Source: Candidatus Woesearchaeota archaeon (GTDB lineage: Archaea > Nanobdellota > Nanobdellia > Pacearchaeales > GW2011-AR1). Taken from it: a stretch of 64,000 nucleotides of DNA. Both the position numbers and the translations under genes were made by a program. The notes under the pieces were generated by a model. That model did no database searches. It was given only the letters and a program-made list of their open reading frames with translations, and was not told the DNA's origin. The stretch covers positions 10,161 through 74,160 of the forward strand of contig CAZETU010000006.1 in the NCBI GenBank assembly GCA_964514585.1. The letters are read 5' to 3'. Below are positions 48,740-58,470 of this stretch, in pieces; the first letter of the stretch is position 1; each line of letters opens with the position of its first letter.

Positions 48740-49581
48740 ATTTTAAATTTACTGAATGTTTTTCTTTTATCTTCGTTATCGCCAGTTGAATAAGCTTCTT
48801 GAATATCTAGGGCTTTTTGTTTTTGTTTGTTATTGGAATAATAGATTGATGGCTTTCCTTTTTCGTCTGGGATTGATGTTTTGAATTTTGTTATTATGTT
48901 TGATTCTAGTTCGTTTCTTGCCACAATGAGCCATGTATCTTCAATAAAGAAATGTCTGCCAATCATTGTTAGAGGAAGAGTTTTTTCATTGATTAGGTTT
49001 TTGTCTAGGAGTTTTTTCAATCTTGCCGAGGGATCTTTTTCGCAAAGGAAGCAGCCGCCGCCCGGAGTTGGGTATTTAATTTTGAATTTTTCTGCGAGTT
49101 CCATTTGCCTTTTTCTTCCTCGTCCTTTTATACCGATTTCCATTAGTGGTCGCTTGATTTGAAATCCTATCTCTTCGTCTATGGTTCTCATTGCTTTTGA
49201 GGTTTGAGACATTGGCCTTTGTCCTAGAACTTCTCCCGTTGCTATTACTTTAATTTTATTTTTGTCGGCGTATTCCTTTGCTTTTTTGAACATAAAAATT
49301 TTACAGTCTTTGCATGGGTTTATTCCAGATCCTGTTTCGTGCTTTGGCTTTTTTAATATATCTAGATATTCTGAAAGAAGTGGTTCTTTGGTTACGTTGA
49401 ATATTGTTAGCTTGGTTTTTTCTTTTTGGGTGAAGTTGAAGTTGCAATTAATGTTGCAGCAACCACAGCCGAATGGGAGGGCGAAATAGAGCGCTTCGAC
49501 GTCGTAGCCTTGTTCTTGGAGTAGACATACGACTAGACGAGAGTCGAGGCCGCCTGAATATAATACCAATGCTTTTTCCAT
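48736..49581 (-). CDS. ThiI/MnmA-like PP-loop ATP pyrophosphatase (tRNA thiolation family)
   Basis: ALVLYSGGLDS, PCKDCKIFM, TGEVLGQRPMSQ, PTPGGGCFL. Confidence 0.8.
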   Translation of the reverse strand: MEKALVLYSGGLDSRLVVCLLQEQGYDVEALYFALPFGCGCCNINCNFNFTQKEKTKLTIFNVTKEPLLSEYLDILKKPKHETGSGINPCKDCKIFMFKKAKEYADKNKIKVIATGEVLGQRPMSQTSKAMRTIDEEIGFQIKRPLMEIGIKGRGRKRQMELAEKFKIKYPTPGGGCFLCEKDPSARLKKLLDKNLINEKTLPLTMIGRHFFIEDTWLIVARNELESNIITKFKTSIPDEKGKPSIYYSNNKQKQKALDIQEAYSTGDNEDKRKTFSKFKI

Positions 49582-49607
49582 AGAATTGTTGAGAAATGTG
49601 GGTTTAA

Positions 49608-50096
49608 TTAGATTTCTGCTAGAAGGACTACGTAGTTTTTGCCGTATTTCTTTGCACACTTAGGGCATGTTGTGTAGTAGAAATACATGTGTTTGATTTC
49701 TTTTTTCTTTGATGTAGTATATTCTTCCATTTCTTTGATCCATTTTTTCATATCTTTGTAGGGGCCTTCGAAAACTTTTGAAAGAAAAGTTCCTGAGACT
49801 TTGACGTCATGGACTGATGAAATTGGTTTTTCTACGCTAACATAGATGTTTGAATAGAATGGGGATTTCTCATCTGAAACTACTATTGGGACTTTTGTTC
49901 CGGCTTTTGCTGCGTCGATTTTTTTGCAAAGCTTTTTAATAACCATTCCGAAATTTAATGGAATGTGAAAGAATGATATCACTTTGCTTTTGACGAATAG
50001 CTTGTCTTTCCAAGTTATTGTTTTATTGTCCCAAGGTTTTGGATCAAATTTTGGACAACACTCGTCGGTGTTTTTCGCTTCTTCACCCTTTTTCAT
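49608..50096 (-). CDS. Conserved hypothetical protein (GyrI-like 'hydrolase' family)
   Basis: CCPKFDPKPWD, FFHIPLN, FEGPYK, YTTCPKCAKKYGKNYVV. Confidence 0.7.
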   Translation of the reverse strand: MKKGEEAKNTDECCPKFDPKPWDNKTITWKDKLFVKSKVISFFHIPLNFGMVIKKLCKKIDAAKAGTKVPIVVSDEKSPFYSNIYVSVEKPISSVHDVKVSGTFLSKVFEGPYKDMKKWIKEMEEYTTSKKKEIKHMYFYYTTCPKCAKKYGKNYVVLLAEI

Positions 50097-50130
50097 ATTG
50101 AATAAAAGTATGTTTAGTATATAAATGTTT

Positions 50131-50139
50131 AGTAGCCTC
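50131..50139. repeat. Target-site duplication, left copy (AGTAGCCTC)
   Basis: Identical to 58482-58490; both copies directly abut the TIRs. Confidence 0.95.
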
Positions 50140-50220
50140 TGCATTGTTAAGTTAACGGGAGCTTTCATTTACTAAATTTTTTCAAAACCTTTAAATACTA
50201 CTTAATCTACAAAGTATTAT

Positions 50221-50376
50221 ATGGCTACTAAAGATACTAAATCTATTAAGTCTACAACAATTAGGATAGAGCAAGAAACAAAAGAAAAAATAGAAAATCT
50301 TGATTTTGTTCGAAAAGATACATATAATCAAATCTTGCTGAAATTAATCGAGTTTCATGAGGGACATAGAAAATGA
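50221..50376 (+). CDS. Ribbon-helix-helix-type small DNA-binding protein (51 aa; missed by the ORF track)
   Basis: STTIRIEQETKEKIENL..DTYNQILLKLI; TTTAAATA at 50190; ATGA overlap with the next gene. Confidence 0.75.
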   Translation: MATKDTKSIKSTTIRIEQETKEKIENLDFVRKDTYNQILLKLIEFHEGHRK

Positions 50377-52533
50377 TAAACAAATCTAACAAAAACAATC
50401 CTTCATCCCAAATCGGGTGGGGGGCGAAGCAGAAAAGAGTTAGTAAATTCTTCTTCATAACTTTAATTTTCATTTTCTCTTTAATATTATTACCAAATTT
50501 TGTTTCAGCTTTTCTAATTTCAGATCAAGGAACAAATGTAATGGATGTTGCAACAGGAAATTTAACTGCCCTCGCTAATTTAACAATTAGTATATATGAC
50601 AATACTACTGGAGGAAATTTAATCTTTGAACAAAATTTTAGTGATGTAATAGCAAATGGTTCATGGAACGTTATGATAAACCCAAATTTAGAATATGGAA
50701 TAAGTTATTATAAAGATTATCAAATTAATGGGGAAGATTTATATTTTGATGGAAATGAGAGATTAGAATTTCAATCTTCTGTTGGAGAAATAAATAATGT
50801 TTCATTTATTAATTTTTCTTTGATAAACTCGTGTTCTGCTGGGAGTTCAATAAGATTAATTTATGCAAATGGAAGTGTTGAATGTGAGGTGGATGATGAT
50901 TCAGGAGGTTCAGGAAGTTCAAACTTAACAAATTATGCCTTTAAAGAACCAATCAGAAATATTTACGGGCAATATAACAACTTCTCAAATAGGGTTTTTT
51001 GGTTGGCTTGGAAGTTTAGCTTCAAGAATAACTAAGTTATTTGTTCAAGATATTGATGCTTCTGGAAATATTAATGCTGGAGAAAATATAACTGCTTCTT
51101 ATTTCATTGGTGACGGTTCAAAATTAATTGGCATTAATGGGACTAGCGGACCTCAAGGTGAACAGGGAATTCCAGGCGTTAATGGAACTAATGGTACAAA
51201 TGGTATCAACGGAACTAATGGAACGAACGGAGCTCAAGGAATTTCAGGTATTAACGGAACAAACGGCTCTGATGGTTATACTCCCATCTACGGAACAGAT
51301 TATATTAATGGTACAAATGGATCTCAAGGTATCCAAGGTGAGACGGGTGTCGATGGAATCAATGGAACAAATGGATCTCAAGGTATTCAAGGAATCGCTG
51401 GAGTTAATGGTACCGACGGGATTCAAGGTGAAGTTGGCGTTAATGGAACTAATGGTATCAACGGAACTAATGGCTCTGATGGTTACACACCTATTTACGG
51501 TACCGATTATATTAATGGAACTGACGGAACCGACGGGGTAGATGGACTAAATGGTACTAACGGAACAGACGGAACAACTCCTGTTTATGGCGTTGATTAC
51601 ATTAACGGAACAGATGGTGTTAACGGTGTAGACGGACTTAATGGTACCGATTTATTTACTGAAATAAATCTTACTCAATTTGATAATTCTACTGGAACTT
51701 TAAATCTTTTAGAGAGTTGGCTAACCAGTTTCCTTGATTTACTTTATGCTCCTCTAGGTTACGGAGATGATTGGAATAAAACTTACGCTGATACACTTTA
51801 CGCAGACATTTCTGTAACTGGCGATGATACTTCCTGGAATAAAACATACGCTGATACTTTATATTATGATTCTGAGTTAGATTTAACAACACTTCTTGAT
51901 GATAATTATGCCCCTGTAAACTACGGAGACGATTGGAATAAAACTTACGCAGATACTCTCTACGCTTCCTTAGCAGAAATTATTAGTTTTGGATATTATA
52001 ATTCTACAGACTTTTCTATTACAGATTATTATTTGAAATCCAATCCTTTTGGATTCTATAATTCTACTGATTTTGTTATTTCAGATTATTCTACAACTAC
52101 TCAAGCAAATAACTTATATGCTCCTCTAGGTTACGGAGATGATTGGAATAAAACTTACGCTGATACACTTTACGCAGACATTTCTGTAACTGGCGATGAT
52201 ACTTCCTGGAATAAAACATACGCTGATACTTTATATGCAGACATTTCTGTAACTGGCGATGATACTTCCTGGAATAAAACATACGCTGATACTTTATATT
52301 ATGATTCTGAGTTAGATTTAACAACACTTCTTGATGATAATTATGCCCCTGTAAACTACGGAGACGATTGGAATAAAACTTACGCAGACACATTATACGA
52401 ACCAACAAGCACTCAATTAGATGGAACTACGGTAAATATTACCTACATCAATGCACCATTAAACACTTGGTACTTCAATGCTACAGATAATTGTGAATAT
52501 TTACCAAATTCCGGAAAGGAGTGTGCTATTTAA
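50373..52533 (+). pseudogene. Collagen-like, repeat-rich secreted fibre protein split by a +1 frameshift at ~50940
   Basis: Removing one T from GCCTTTAAAG joins ORFs 50373-51035 and 50935-52533 (..TNYA-LKNQSEIF..) into 719 aa. Contains (GxN)n/GxQ triplets, GYTPIYGTDY breaks and 7 x WNKTYADTLY. Confidence 0.8.
51745..52388 (+). repeat. Internal duplication: 209 bp (51745-51953) repeated at 52117-52388 with one extra 63-bp unit
   Basis: Near-identical nucleotide copies encoding the WNKTYADTLY modules. Confidence 0.9.
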
Positions 52534-52569
52534 TGGTAATAATAATTGAATTTATTGGGGGAATAGAGT

Positions 52570-54714
52570 GTGCAGTATGAAATGGGATTTAAAAAAAAAG
52601 ATAAAGGTTGGTCAAAGAAAAAGAAAGTAATATTTTTTAGTAGTTTTGCGTTTATCTTTTTCATGTTAGGTGCAATGTATATGATTTCTGAAAATACTTT
52701 TGGGTATAAAACTAGTATTGAAAAGATGTTGGGTGATTATGGTTTTGTAAGTGCCAGTACTGATTCGACAAATTGGACCAGGAAAGCATTGCTAACAATA
52801 AACAGTTCTTTCGTTGATTCAAATTTAACAGACTTCCCAGTCTTATTAACTAATGCAAATTTACCACAAGAAATGTGGAATACAACACATGAAGATGCAA
52901 AATATAATGCGTTATTTACAGGATGTGACATTAGATTTACTACTAATAGCAGTGGAGAAATAGAAATTCCTTTTGAATTAGTGGACTGGACTCAAGATGA
53001 TTCAACTGGTTCGGAAATTTGGATTAAGTTAAATATATCAAATGAAACAGACATAGAATTTTATGTTTGGTATGATAATTCTGTTGCATCTTGTTATGTT
53101 ATAAACGATACTTATGGGGCTGAAAAGGTGTGGGATAGTAATTTCAAGGTGGTTCAGCATATGGGAAACGCGACGACCTCAACTATTACAGACTCAACTA
53201 CGAATGATAATGATGGAACTAAAGCTGCTGCTGGAGACCCTGCCGAAACTTCAACTGCTCAGATAGGATTAGAAGCTCAAGATTTTGATGGGGATGATGA
53301 TTATATTGATATTGGTGATGTTGCAGCATTAGAAATAGATACTTTTACTATTTCTACATGGGCAAAGAGGGCTGGAATAGATGACCAAGATACCTTCTTA
53401 TCAATGCAATACCAGTCAGCTGCCGTTCCTGGGTTATGCGGGACAACATTTAGATTTAATTCGGACAATACTTTAGGACTTGCATCCACTATAAGTAATA
53501 CTTTTGAAGAAGTCATATCAACGCCTACATATACAAGCACTTCTGATTTTTATTATGTGGTAGCTAGAAAAACTGGGACAACTGTAACTTTATATATTGA
53601 TGGCTCTTTAGTTAAAACTGGGACATTATCATCAGCCAGTATAGATTGGACTACTTCGGTTACTAAACATACTGTAATCGGTGCTAGATGGAATGGAAGA
53701 GCTTCTGCTTGGGTCGGAGAATTTGAAGGGATATTAGATGAAGTAAGAATATCAAATTCAGCTCGTTCAGCCGATTGGATTTCAGCTGAATATAATAATC
53801 AGAACTCACCTTCTACATTTATAGTCGAGGGAACTCCAGCGAGTACAGGGGACAGGTCTCCAACTTATTCTAATAATCAAACAAATACAACAATAGGTGG
53901 GCAATCAATATTGTTTAGTTTGTTAATAGATGATAATAATGTTTTACATCCTAATGGACAATATATATTTGGTACAAACAATTCTGGTACTTGGGTAAAT
54001 GATTCTGCTATTAACTTTACAGGAACTCCTCAATGGGCTAATATTACTAAGACTTTAAATAATACCGTTGGATTAACAATTGGTTATCGTTGGTACATAA
54101 ATGATGATACTAAGAATATAAATAATACAGAAATATTTACATTAACAACAATATCTACTCCAGATACAATATCCCCAACAATAGTCCGACTTAACCAAAC
54201 AAACTCAACTGGGATAATTAACGGTTCAGTAATCCAAGATGAAAATGTAACCTTCATAGTAAACGCAACTGATGAAACAGAAGTTGATTCAGTATGGGTA
54301 ACAATCTGGACTGGTGTAGTTGGTGGACCTATTTGGTTGATACAACAATTAGTTGATTTAGGCTCAAACATTTGGGAAGGAAATGTAACTACTAACACCT
54401 CTCTAACAGCAGGGGATGTAAATTATACAATTTCTGTGAATGATACTTCAGGAAATGAGATAAACGAATCATCCAACTTTACATTAATTGCATCAGATAC
54501 CTGTACCTGCCCAGGAATAGATACCAGCTGGGAAATAGATATGTCGGATTACTGCATACTATCCACTCCTTGTGACTTAGGAACAGGAAATTTAACATTC
54601 ACAGGGGAAGGGAATTTTACTTGCAGTGCGAGGTTAGATATAGCTTCAAGAGGGAAACCAGGAAATAATTCTATCTTATGGTTTGATAATGATTGTGAGG
54701 TGTATATTGGATAA
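52570..54714 (+). CDS. Surface protein: DUF2341 + LamG/concanavalin-A domain + Ig-like + Cys-rich C-terminal domain
   Basis: LTDFPVLL..DIRFT..IPFE..WIK..YVWY (DUF2341); FDGDDDYIDIG..FTISTW..LYIDG..G.LDEVRIS (LamG). Likely ATG at 52582. Confidence 0.85.
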   Translation: MQYEMGFKKKDKGWSKKKKVIFFSSFAFIFFMLGAMYMISENTFGYKTSIEKMLGDYGFVSASTDSTNWTRKALLTINSSFVDSNLTDFPVLLTNANLPQEMWNTTHEDAKYNALFTGCDIRFTTNSSGEIEIPFELVDWTQDDSTGSEIWIKLNISNETDIEFYVWYDNSVASCYVINDTYGAEKVWDSNFKVVQHMGNATTSTITDSTTNDNDGTKAAAGDPAETSTAQIGLEAQDFDGDDDYIDIGDVAALEIDTFTISTWAKRAGIDDQDTFLSMQYQSAAVPGLCGTTFRFNSDNTLGLASTISNTFEEVISTPTYTSTSDFYYVVARKTGTTVTLYIDGSLVKTGTLSSASIDWTTSVTKHTVIGARWNGRASAWVGEFEGILDEVRISNSARSADWISAEYNNQNSPSTFIVEGTPASTGDRSPTYSNNQTNTTIGGQSILFSLLIDDNNVLHPNGQYIFGTNNSGTWVNDSAINFTGTPQWANITKTLNNTVGLTIGYRWYINDDTKNINNTEIFTLTTISTPDTISPTIVRLNQTNSTGIINGSVIQDENVTFIVNATDETEVDSVWVTIWTGVVGGPIWLIQQLVDLGSNIWEGNVTTNTSLTAGDVNYTISVNDTSGNEINESSNFTLIASDTCTCPGIDTSWEIDMSDYCILSTPCDLGTGNLTFTGEGNFTCSARLDIASRGKPGNNSILWFDNDCEVYIG

Positions 54715-54715
54715 G

Positions 54716-55267
54716 ATGAAATCTTTTAATATAGTATTATATGGTATTTTAGTATTATCTTTCTCAATATTAGTATCAGGAGATTTAGTTTCCATAGGAA
54801 CTGGAGGAGATGAAATTTCTTTAGGTTATGGAAATCAGATAGATTTATTCTTTTCTGGAATAACTACCACTTCCATTACTCTCCCAGTAGTAGCACAAAT
54901 ATCTCCAATTAATGGGATATCAACATATGAGGCAGACCAATTATATATTTATAATATTTCATCTACAAGAGATATTCTTTATTGTAGTTTAATTATGGAT
55001 GGAGTTGCTGTTTCTACTGATGCTGGAATCGAATATTTGATGGGTAATGGGAGTTGTTTAACACCTGCTGGTTCTGGAGACTGGGCAATTACTTGTTCTG
55101 ATAATTGTGTTTGGAGCACTGACTTTTCTGTTTCAGATAATATATCTATAACTGGTTCAGGCATATTAACTTGGAATGCGAATATGAGTTTTATCAATTC
55201 TCATTGGGAAATTTATAAAGAAGACGGATGTGAACTTGTAATTAATCTTGGTGGGAGTATACAATGA
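54716..55267 (+). CDS. Small secreted protein with Cys/Trp C-terminal domain
   Basis: Signal peptide; CLTPAGSGDWAITCSDNCVW resembles the C-terminus of 52570-54714. Confidence 0.7.
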   Translation: MKSFNIVLYGILVLSFSILVSGDLVSIGTGGDEISLGYGNQIDLFFSGITTTSITLPVVAQISPINGISTYEADQLYIYNISSTRDILYCSLIMDGVAVSTDAGIEYLMGNGSCLTPAGSGDWAITCSDNCVWSTDFSVSDNISITGSGILTWNANMSFINSHWEIYKEDGCELVINLGGSIQ

Positions 55268-56952
55268 TAAAATTTAAAAAAAACTTAATTTACTTAATAA
55301 TTTTATTTATAATTTTTACTTTTTTTATTAATAATGTTTCTGCATTAACAGCAAACTCCTCAAGTTATTCTGTCAGTATGTTTGGAACCGGGATGGCAAC
55401 AGCAGACCCTTCATCAACAAATTATGAAACAAAAGCTCTTTTAACATCTCAATCAGGCACAAGAAATGCAGAGAGTAATTCATATACTTCAAACATTGGT
55501 TTTTTTGATAACACTATATATTATAGAACAGTGAGCATTACTTCTTATTCAATCTCTCCAAGCTCTGCTGTTGTTGGTTCAATAATAGGATTATCAATAT
55601 CTGCATTAAATTATCAAACTGTATGGGCAAAGATAACCTCTTCAAACTCTCAGGAACAAACTCTAAATCTCATTAGTGGGGGAACTGTTAATTATGTTCC
55701 AAGCCCCTCAGTTGTAGGAACATACGAGGTAATCTTTTATGCTAATAGTTTTACAGGAGCAATTGCAAGTATTGTAGATTATTTTGAATTAACAGAGGCA
55801 ACAACCCCCCCTCCTGGAGGAAGTGGTGGGGGTGGAAGTACAACCACAATAATAGAAAAATGTACTTATAATTGGGATTGTACTCCTTGGGGTGTTTGTT
55901 CAGATGGAGAACAAACAAGAGAGTGCAAAAACATCGGAACATGTAAGGGAATAGAGAGTAAACCAATAGAAGAAATGAATTGTACAAAAGCTTTATTTGA
56001 TATTACTTTAAAATTAAAAAGTATAGAACTTACTAAAAATAAGACTTTAAATTTTAGCATAGATTTAACAGAAAAAATGGGTGTAGAAAAAATTGATGTC
56101 CATATTAAATATTCAATTATAAACAAAGAAGGTTATGAGATTTTCAGCCGAATAGAAACAAAGGCAATCCAGGGAAATTTATCTTATGAGAAAGAAATAG
56201 AAGAAATTAAATTAGCAGATGGAGAATATATATTAAGAGTAGACATCCTCTATGGAAACTTGCAAAGAGCCTTTGCTGAACAAAAGTTTGAGGTTAAGAA
56301 AGGGGAATTAGAGATCACTCCAAAAGAAAAAAGAATTATTAGTAATTTATTAATAATTTTTGGAAGTTTGATATTTATAGTTATTTTAATTAGCTTTATT
56401 TTGATTAAATTAATAAGAAAGAAAAAATTAGGAAAACTAAAAACTCATAGAGAATATAAAAATAAGATTAAACAAAACTTGAAGAGAATCAGATCTAAAA
56501 CTTTCTTAATGATTCTTCTAGGTTTTATGATTGTAGGAATTTTATTTATTGGAGGAAACAATATGACTGGGTTTGTTGTTGGAAGTACAAGTGCAGTTAA
56601 TGATAATTGGAATATTTTTGGATTTGTTTTAATTATTGGAATGTTGGGATTATTAGTTTTTACTTATAGAAAAAAGATTGCTGAGAAAATTGAAACTAAA
56701 AGAATGAATAAACATTCTAAAGATAGCCTTAGAGGATTAATCAAAAAGAAAGTTTATACAGAACAAGGGAATTGTATTGGAAAGGTTGAAGATGTTATTT
56801 TAGGAGAAAACAAGATTGATAATTTGAAAATTAAATTAGATAAAAGAAAAAGAGTTAAGGCTAAAGGGATAATTATTAGGTATAAAAATGTGAAAAGTGT
56901 GGGGCATATTGTTATTGTTGAAGGAAAGATTTTAGAAAAGTTAAATATATAA
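55264..56952 (+). CDS. Membrane protein: signal peptide, beta domains, TSP1-like Cys motif, TMs, cytoplasmic PRC-barrel
   Basis: CTYNWDCTPWGVCSDGEQTREC; three hydrophobic segments; KKVYTEQGNCIGKVEDVIL (PRC-barrel). Confidence 0.8.
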   Translation: MIKFKKNLIYLIILFIIFTFFINNVSALTANSSSYSVSMFGTGMATADPSSTNYETKALLTSQSGTRNAESNSYTSNIGFFDNTIYYRTVSITSYSISPSSAVVGSIIGLSISALNYQTVWAKITSSNSQEQTLNLISGGTVNYVPSPSVVGTYEVIFYANSFTGAIASIVDYFELTEATTPPPGGSGGGGSTTTIIEKCTYNWDCTPWGVCSDGEQTRECKNIGTCKGIESKPIEEMNCTKALFDITLKLKSIELTKNKTLNFSIDLTEKMGVEKIDVHIKYSIINKEGYEIFSRIETKAIQGNLSYEKEIEEIKLADGEYILRVDILYGNLQRAFAEQKFEVKKGELEITPKEKRIISNLLIIFGSLIFIVILISFILIKLIRKKKLGKLKTHREYKNKIKQNLKRIRSKTFLMILLGFMIVGILFIGGNNMTGFVVGSTSAVNDNWNIFGFVLIIGMLGLLVFTYRKKIAEKIETKRMNKHSKDSLRGLIKKKVYTEQGNCIGKVEDVILGENKIDNLKIKLDKRKRVKAKGIIIRYKNVKSVGHIVIVEGKILEKLNI

Positions 56953-56981
56953 ACAAAAAATTCATTATAAAAAGAGGAAAA

Positions 56982-57194
56982 ATGAAAAAGAAATTTAGAA
57001 AAGAATTGTCTAGTCTAAAATTAAAAAAGTTAGAGAAGGATTTAGCTAAGGTTGAAAAAGCAGAAGATTATTTGGATGTAGAGAGAAAGAAATTAATGAA
57101 GGAAAAAGAGAAAATTAAGCTTAAGATTAGAAAAGAGAAAGAAGTTCTTAAATTAAAGAAACAGATTGAAAGAGTGAAAAATAAAAAAAACTGA
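56982..57194 (+). CDS. Small basic coiled-coil protein
   Basis: 70 aa, K/E/L heptads, GAGG before ATG. Confidence 0.65.
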   Translation: MKKKFRKELSSLKLKKLEKDLAKVEKAEDYLDVERKKLMKEKEKIKLKIRKEKEVLKLKKQIERVKNKKN

Positions 57195-57201
57195 ACAATA
57201 G

Positions 57202-58125
57202 CTACTTTTTACTCATCTTAATCAACTCCAACCACTTATTTGGATTATTTAATTTTAAATCAGTAGCCAACTCATACGGGCAAACCCCAATAGCTTGATG
57301 TTTCCTAATAAAATTATAAAATATCTCATAGCCCTTCATAATTGCTTGTGCTGATTCTATACGACCGTGAAAGCCCCTAAAAGTAACAGTCCTTTCTCTT
57401 ATCGAATTATGCATTCTTTCAACATAAATATTAAAACCTTCTCCTTTTGAAGCGATATTTTTATTGTGAAAAATATTGTGTTTGCCTAGTTTGTTATTGT
57501 AACCCCAAGTCTGTTTTATAACTTTCCCATAAGCCGTATAGCCATCTGTAGTGATAGTTGTGATGTAACCCTCTGTTTTGTATTTTACTTTTGCCATAAC
57601 TTCCTTTAATTCTTCTTGTCCTCGTGATTTAAAATATTTTGAAGAAACCATATAACGAGTTTTAACATCAATAGAATCTATAAACCAATCTTTAGAAACT
57701 CCCTTTTTATTATTGTTTATTCTTCGGTGATATTCCATTTCATCGAGTTGTATTTCATTTCCAGATTTTACTTTTAATTTATCTGTGAATTTAGAAATCA
57801 TATTTGAATATTTGACAACCCAATTATAAATAGAAACATTAGAAGAATTATGGGGATAAAATGCTTGTAGATGTTCTTGTACTTTTCGAGTTGAAACTCC
57901 TCGGTAAAATAAATCCATTGATAGAGTAATTTTTTGTGGACTATTCCTCATTCTGAAAAATCCGTCATCGACAATAAAAGACTTTTTACACTCATTACAA
58001 AAATATCTCTGTATCTTCCCCCTATTTTCTGTTTGCCTAAAACCTCTTTTCTTTATTTTATTAAAGTTGCATTTTGAACAGCAAACTTTTTTAACTTCTT
58101 TTTGTTCTTTCTTGTTGTGTTTCAT
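57202..58125 (-). CDS. DDE transposase with N-terminal Zn ribbon and HTH (IS6/IS1-like)
   Basis: CSKC..QRYFCNEC; GVSTRKV..SIYNWV; catalytic QLDE, TTDGY.AY, YVERMHN..RGF. Confidence 0.9.
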   Translation of the reverse strand: MKHNKKEQKEVKKVCCSKCNFNKIKKRGFRQTENRGKIQRYFCNECKKSFIVDDGFFRMRNSPQKITLSMDLFYRGVSTRKVQEHLQAFYPHNSSNVSIYNWVVKYSNMISKFTDKLKVKSGNEIQLDEMEYHRRINNNKKGVSKDWFIDSIDVKTRYMVSSKYFKSRGQEELKEVMAKVKYKTEGYITTITTDGYTAYGKVIKQTWGYNNKLGKHNIFHNKNIASKGEGFNIYVERMHNSIRERTVTFRGFHGRIESAQAIMKGYEIFYNFIRKHQAIGVCPYELATDLKLNNPNKWLELIKMSKK

Positions 58126-58146
58126 TTTAACGAGTGGGATACAAAA

Positions 58147-58169
58147 GAAGGGTGTTAGTAGCACCCTTC
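58147..58169. promoter_or_regulatory. Hairpin GAAGGGTG-ttagtag-CACCCTTC just upstream of the transposase ATG
   Basis: Perfect 8-bp inverted repeat. Confidence 0.6.
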
Positions 58170-58198
58170 ACTTTTCTTTTGTATTTATTATTACCTTG

Positions 58199-58261
58199 TT
58201 AGGTTATACTTTGTTAAGTAATAAGTAATATATAAACCTTTCGTTTCTAGGTATAACCTAA
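58199..58261. promoter_or_regulatory. 11-bp inverted repeats (TTAGGTTATAC/GTATAACCTAA) bracketing a TATA box in the divergent promoter region
   Basis: 58199-58209 and 58251-58261 are exact reverse complements; TATATAAA lies between them. Confidence 0.7.
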
Positions 58262-58300
58262 ATAAGTAACATTTATAAAGTAAGTTTTATTAAATAAACT

Positions 58301-58441
58301 ATGGCAGAAATAGAGATAAAAATGAGGGGTTACAAATGTGAGAGGTGTAAGCATGAGTGGATACCAAGAAATAAAAAAGAAACTCCGATTATCTGTCCTA
58401 AGTGCAAATCTCCTTATTGGAATAAACCTAAGAAGAAATAA
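58301..58441 (+). CDS. Small Zn-ribbon protein (46 aa; missed by the ORF track)
   Basis: CERCKHEW..CPKCKSPYW; TTTATAAA 29 nt upstream. Confidence 0.8.
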   Translation: MAEIEIKMRGYKCERCKHEWIPRNKKETPIICPKCKSPYWNKPKKK

Positions 58442-58470
58442 TTTTTTTAGAAGGATTAGCTCCCGTTAAC

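Noticed and set aside
50938-50946. Programmed -1 frameshift at TTTAAAG
   Set aside because: The heptamer is in the wrong phase and joining the ORFs requires +1.
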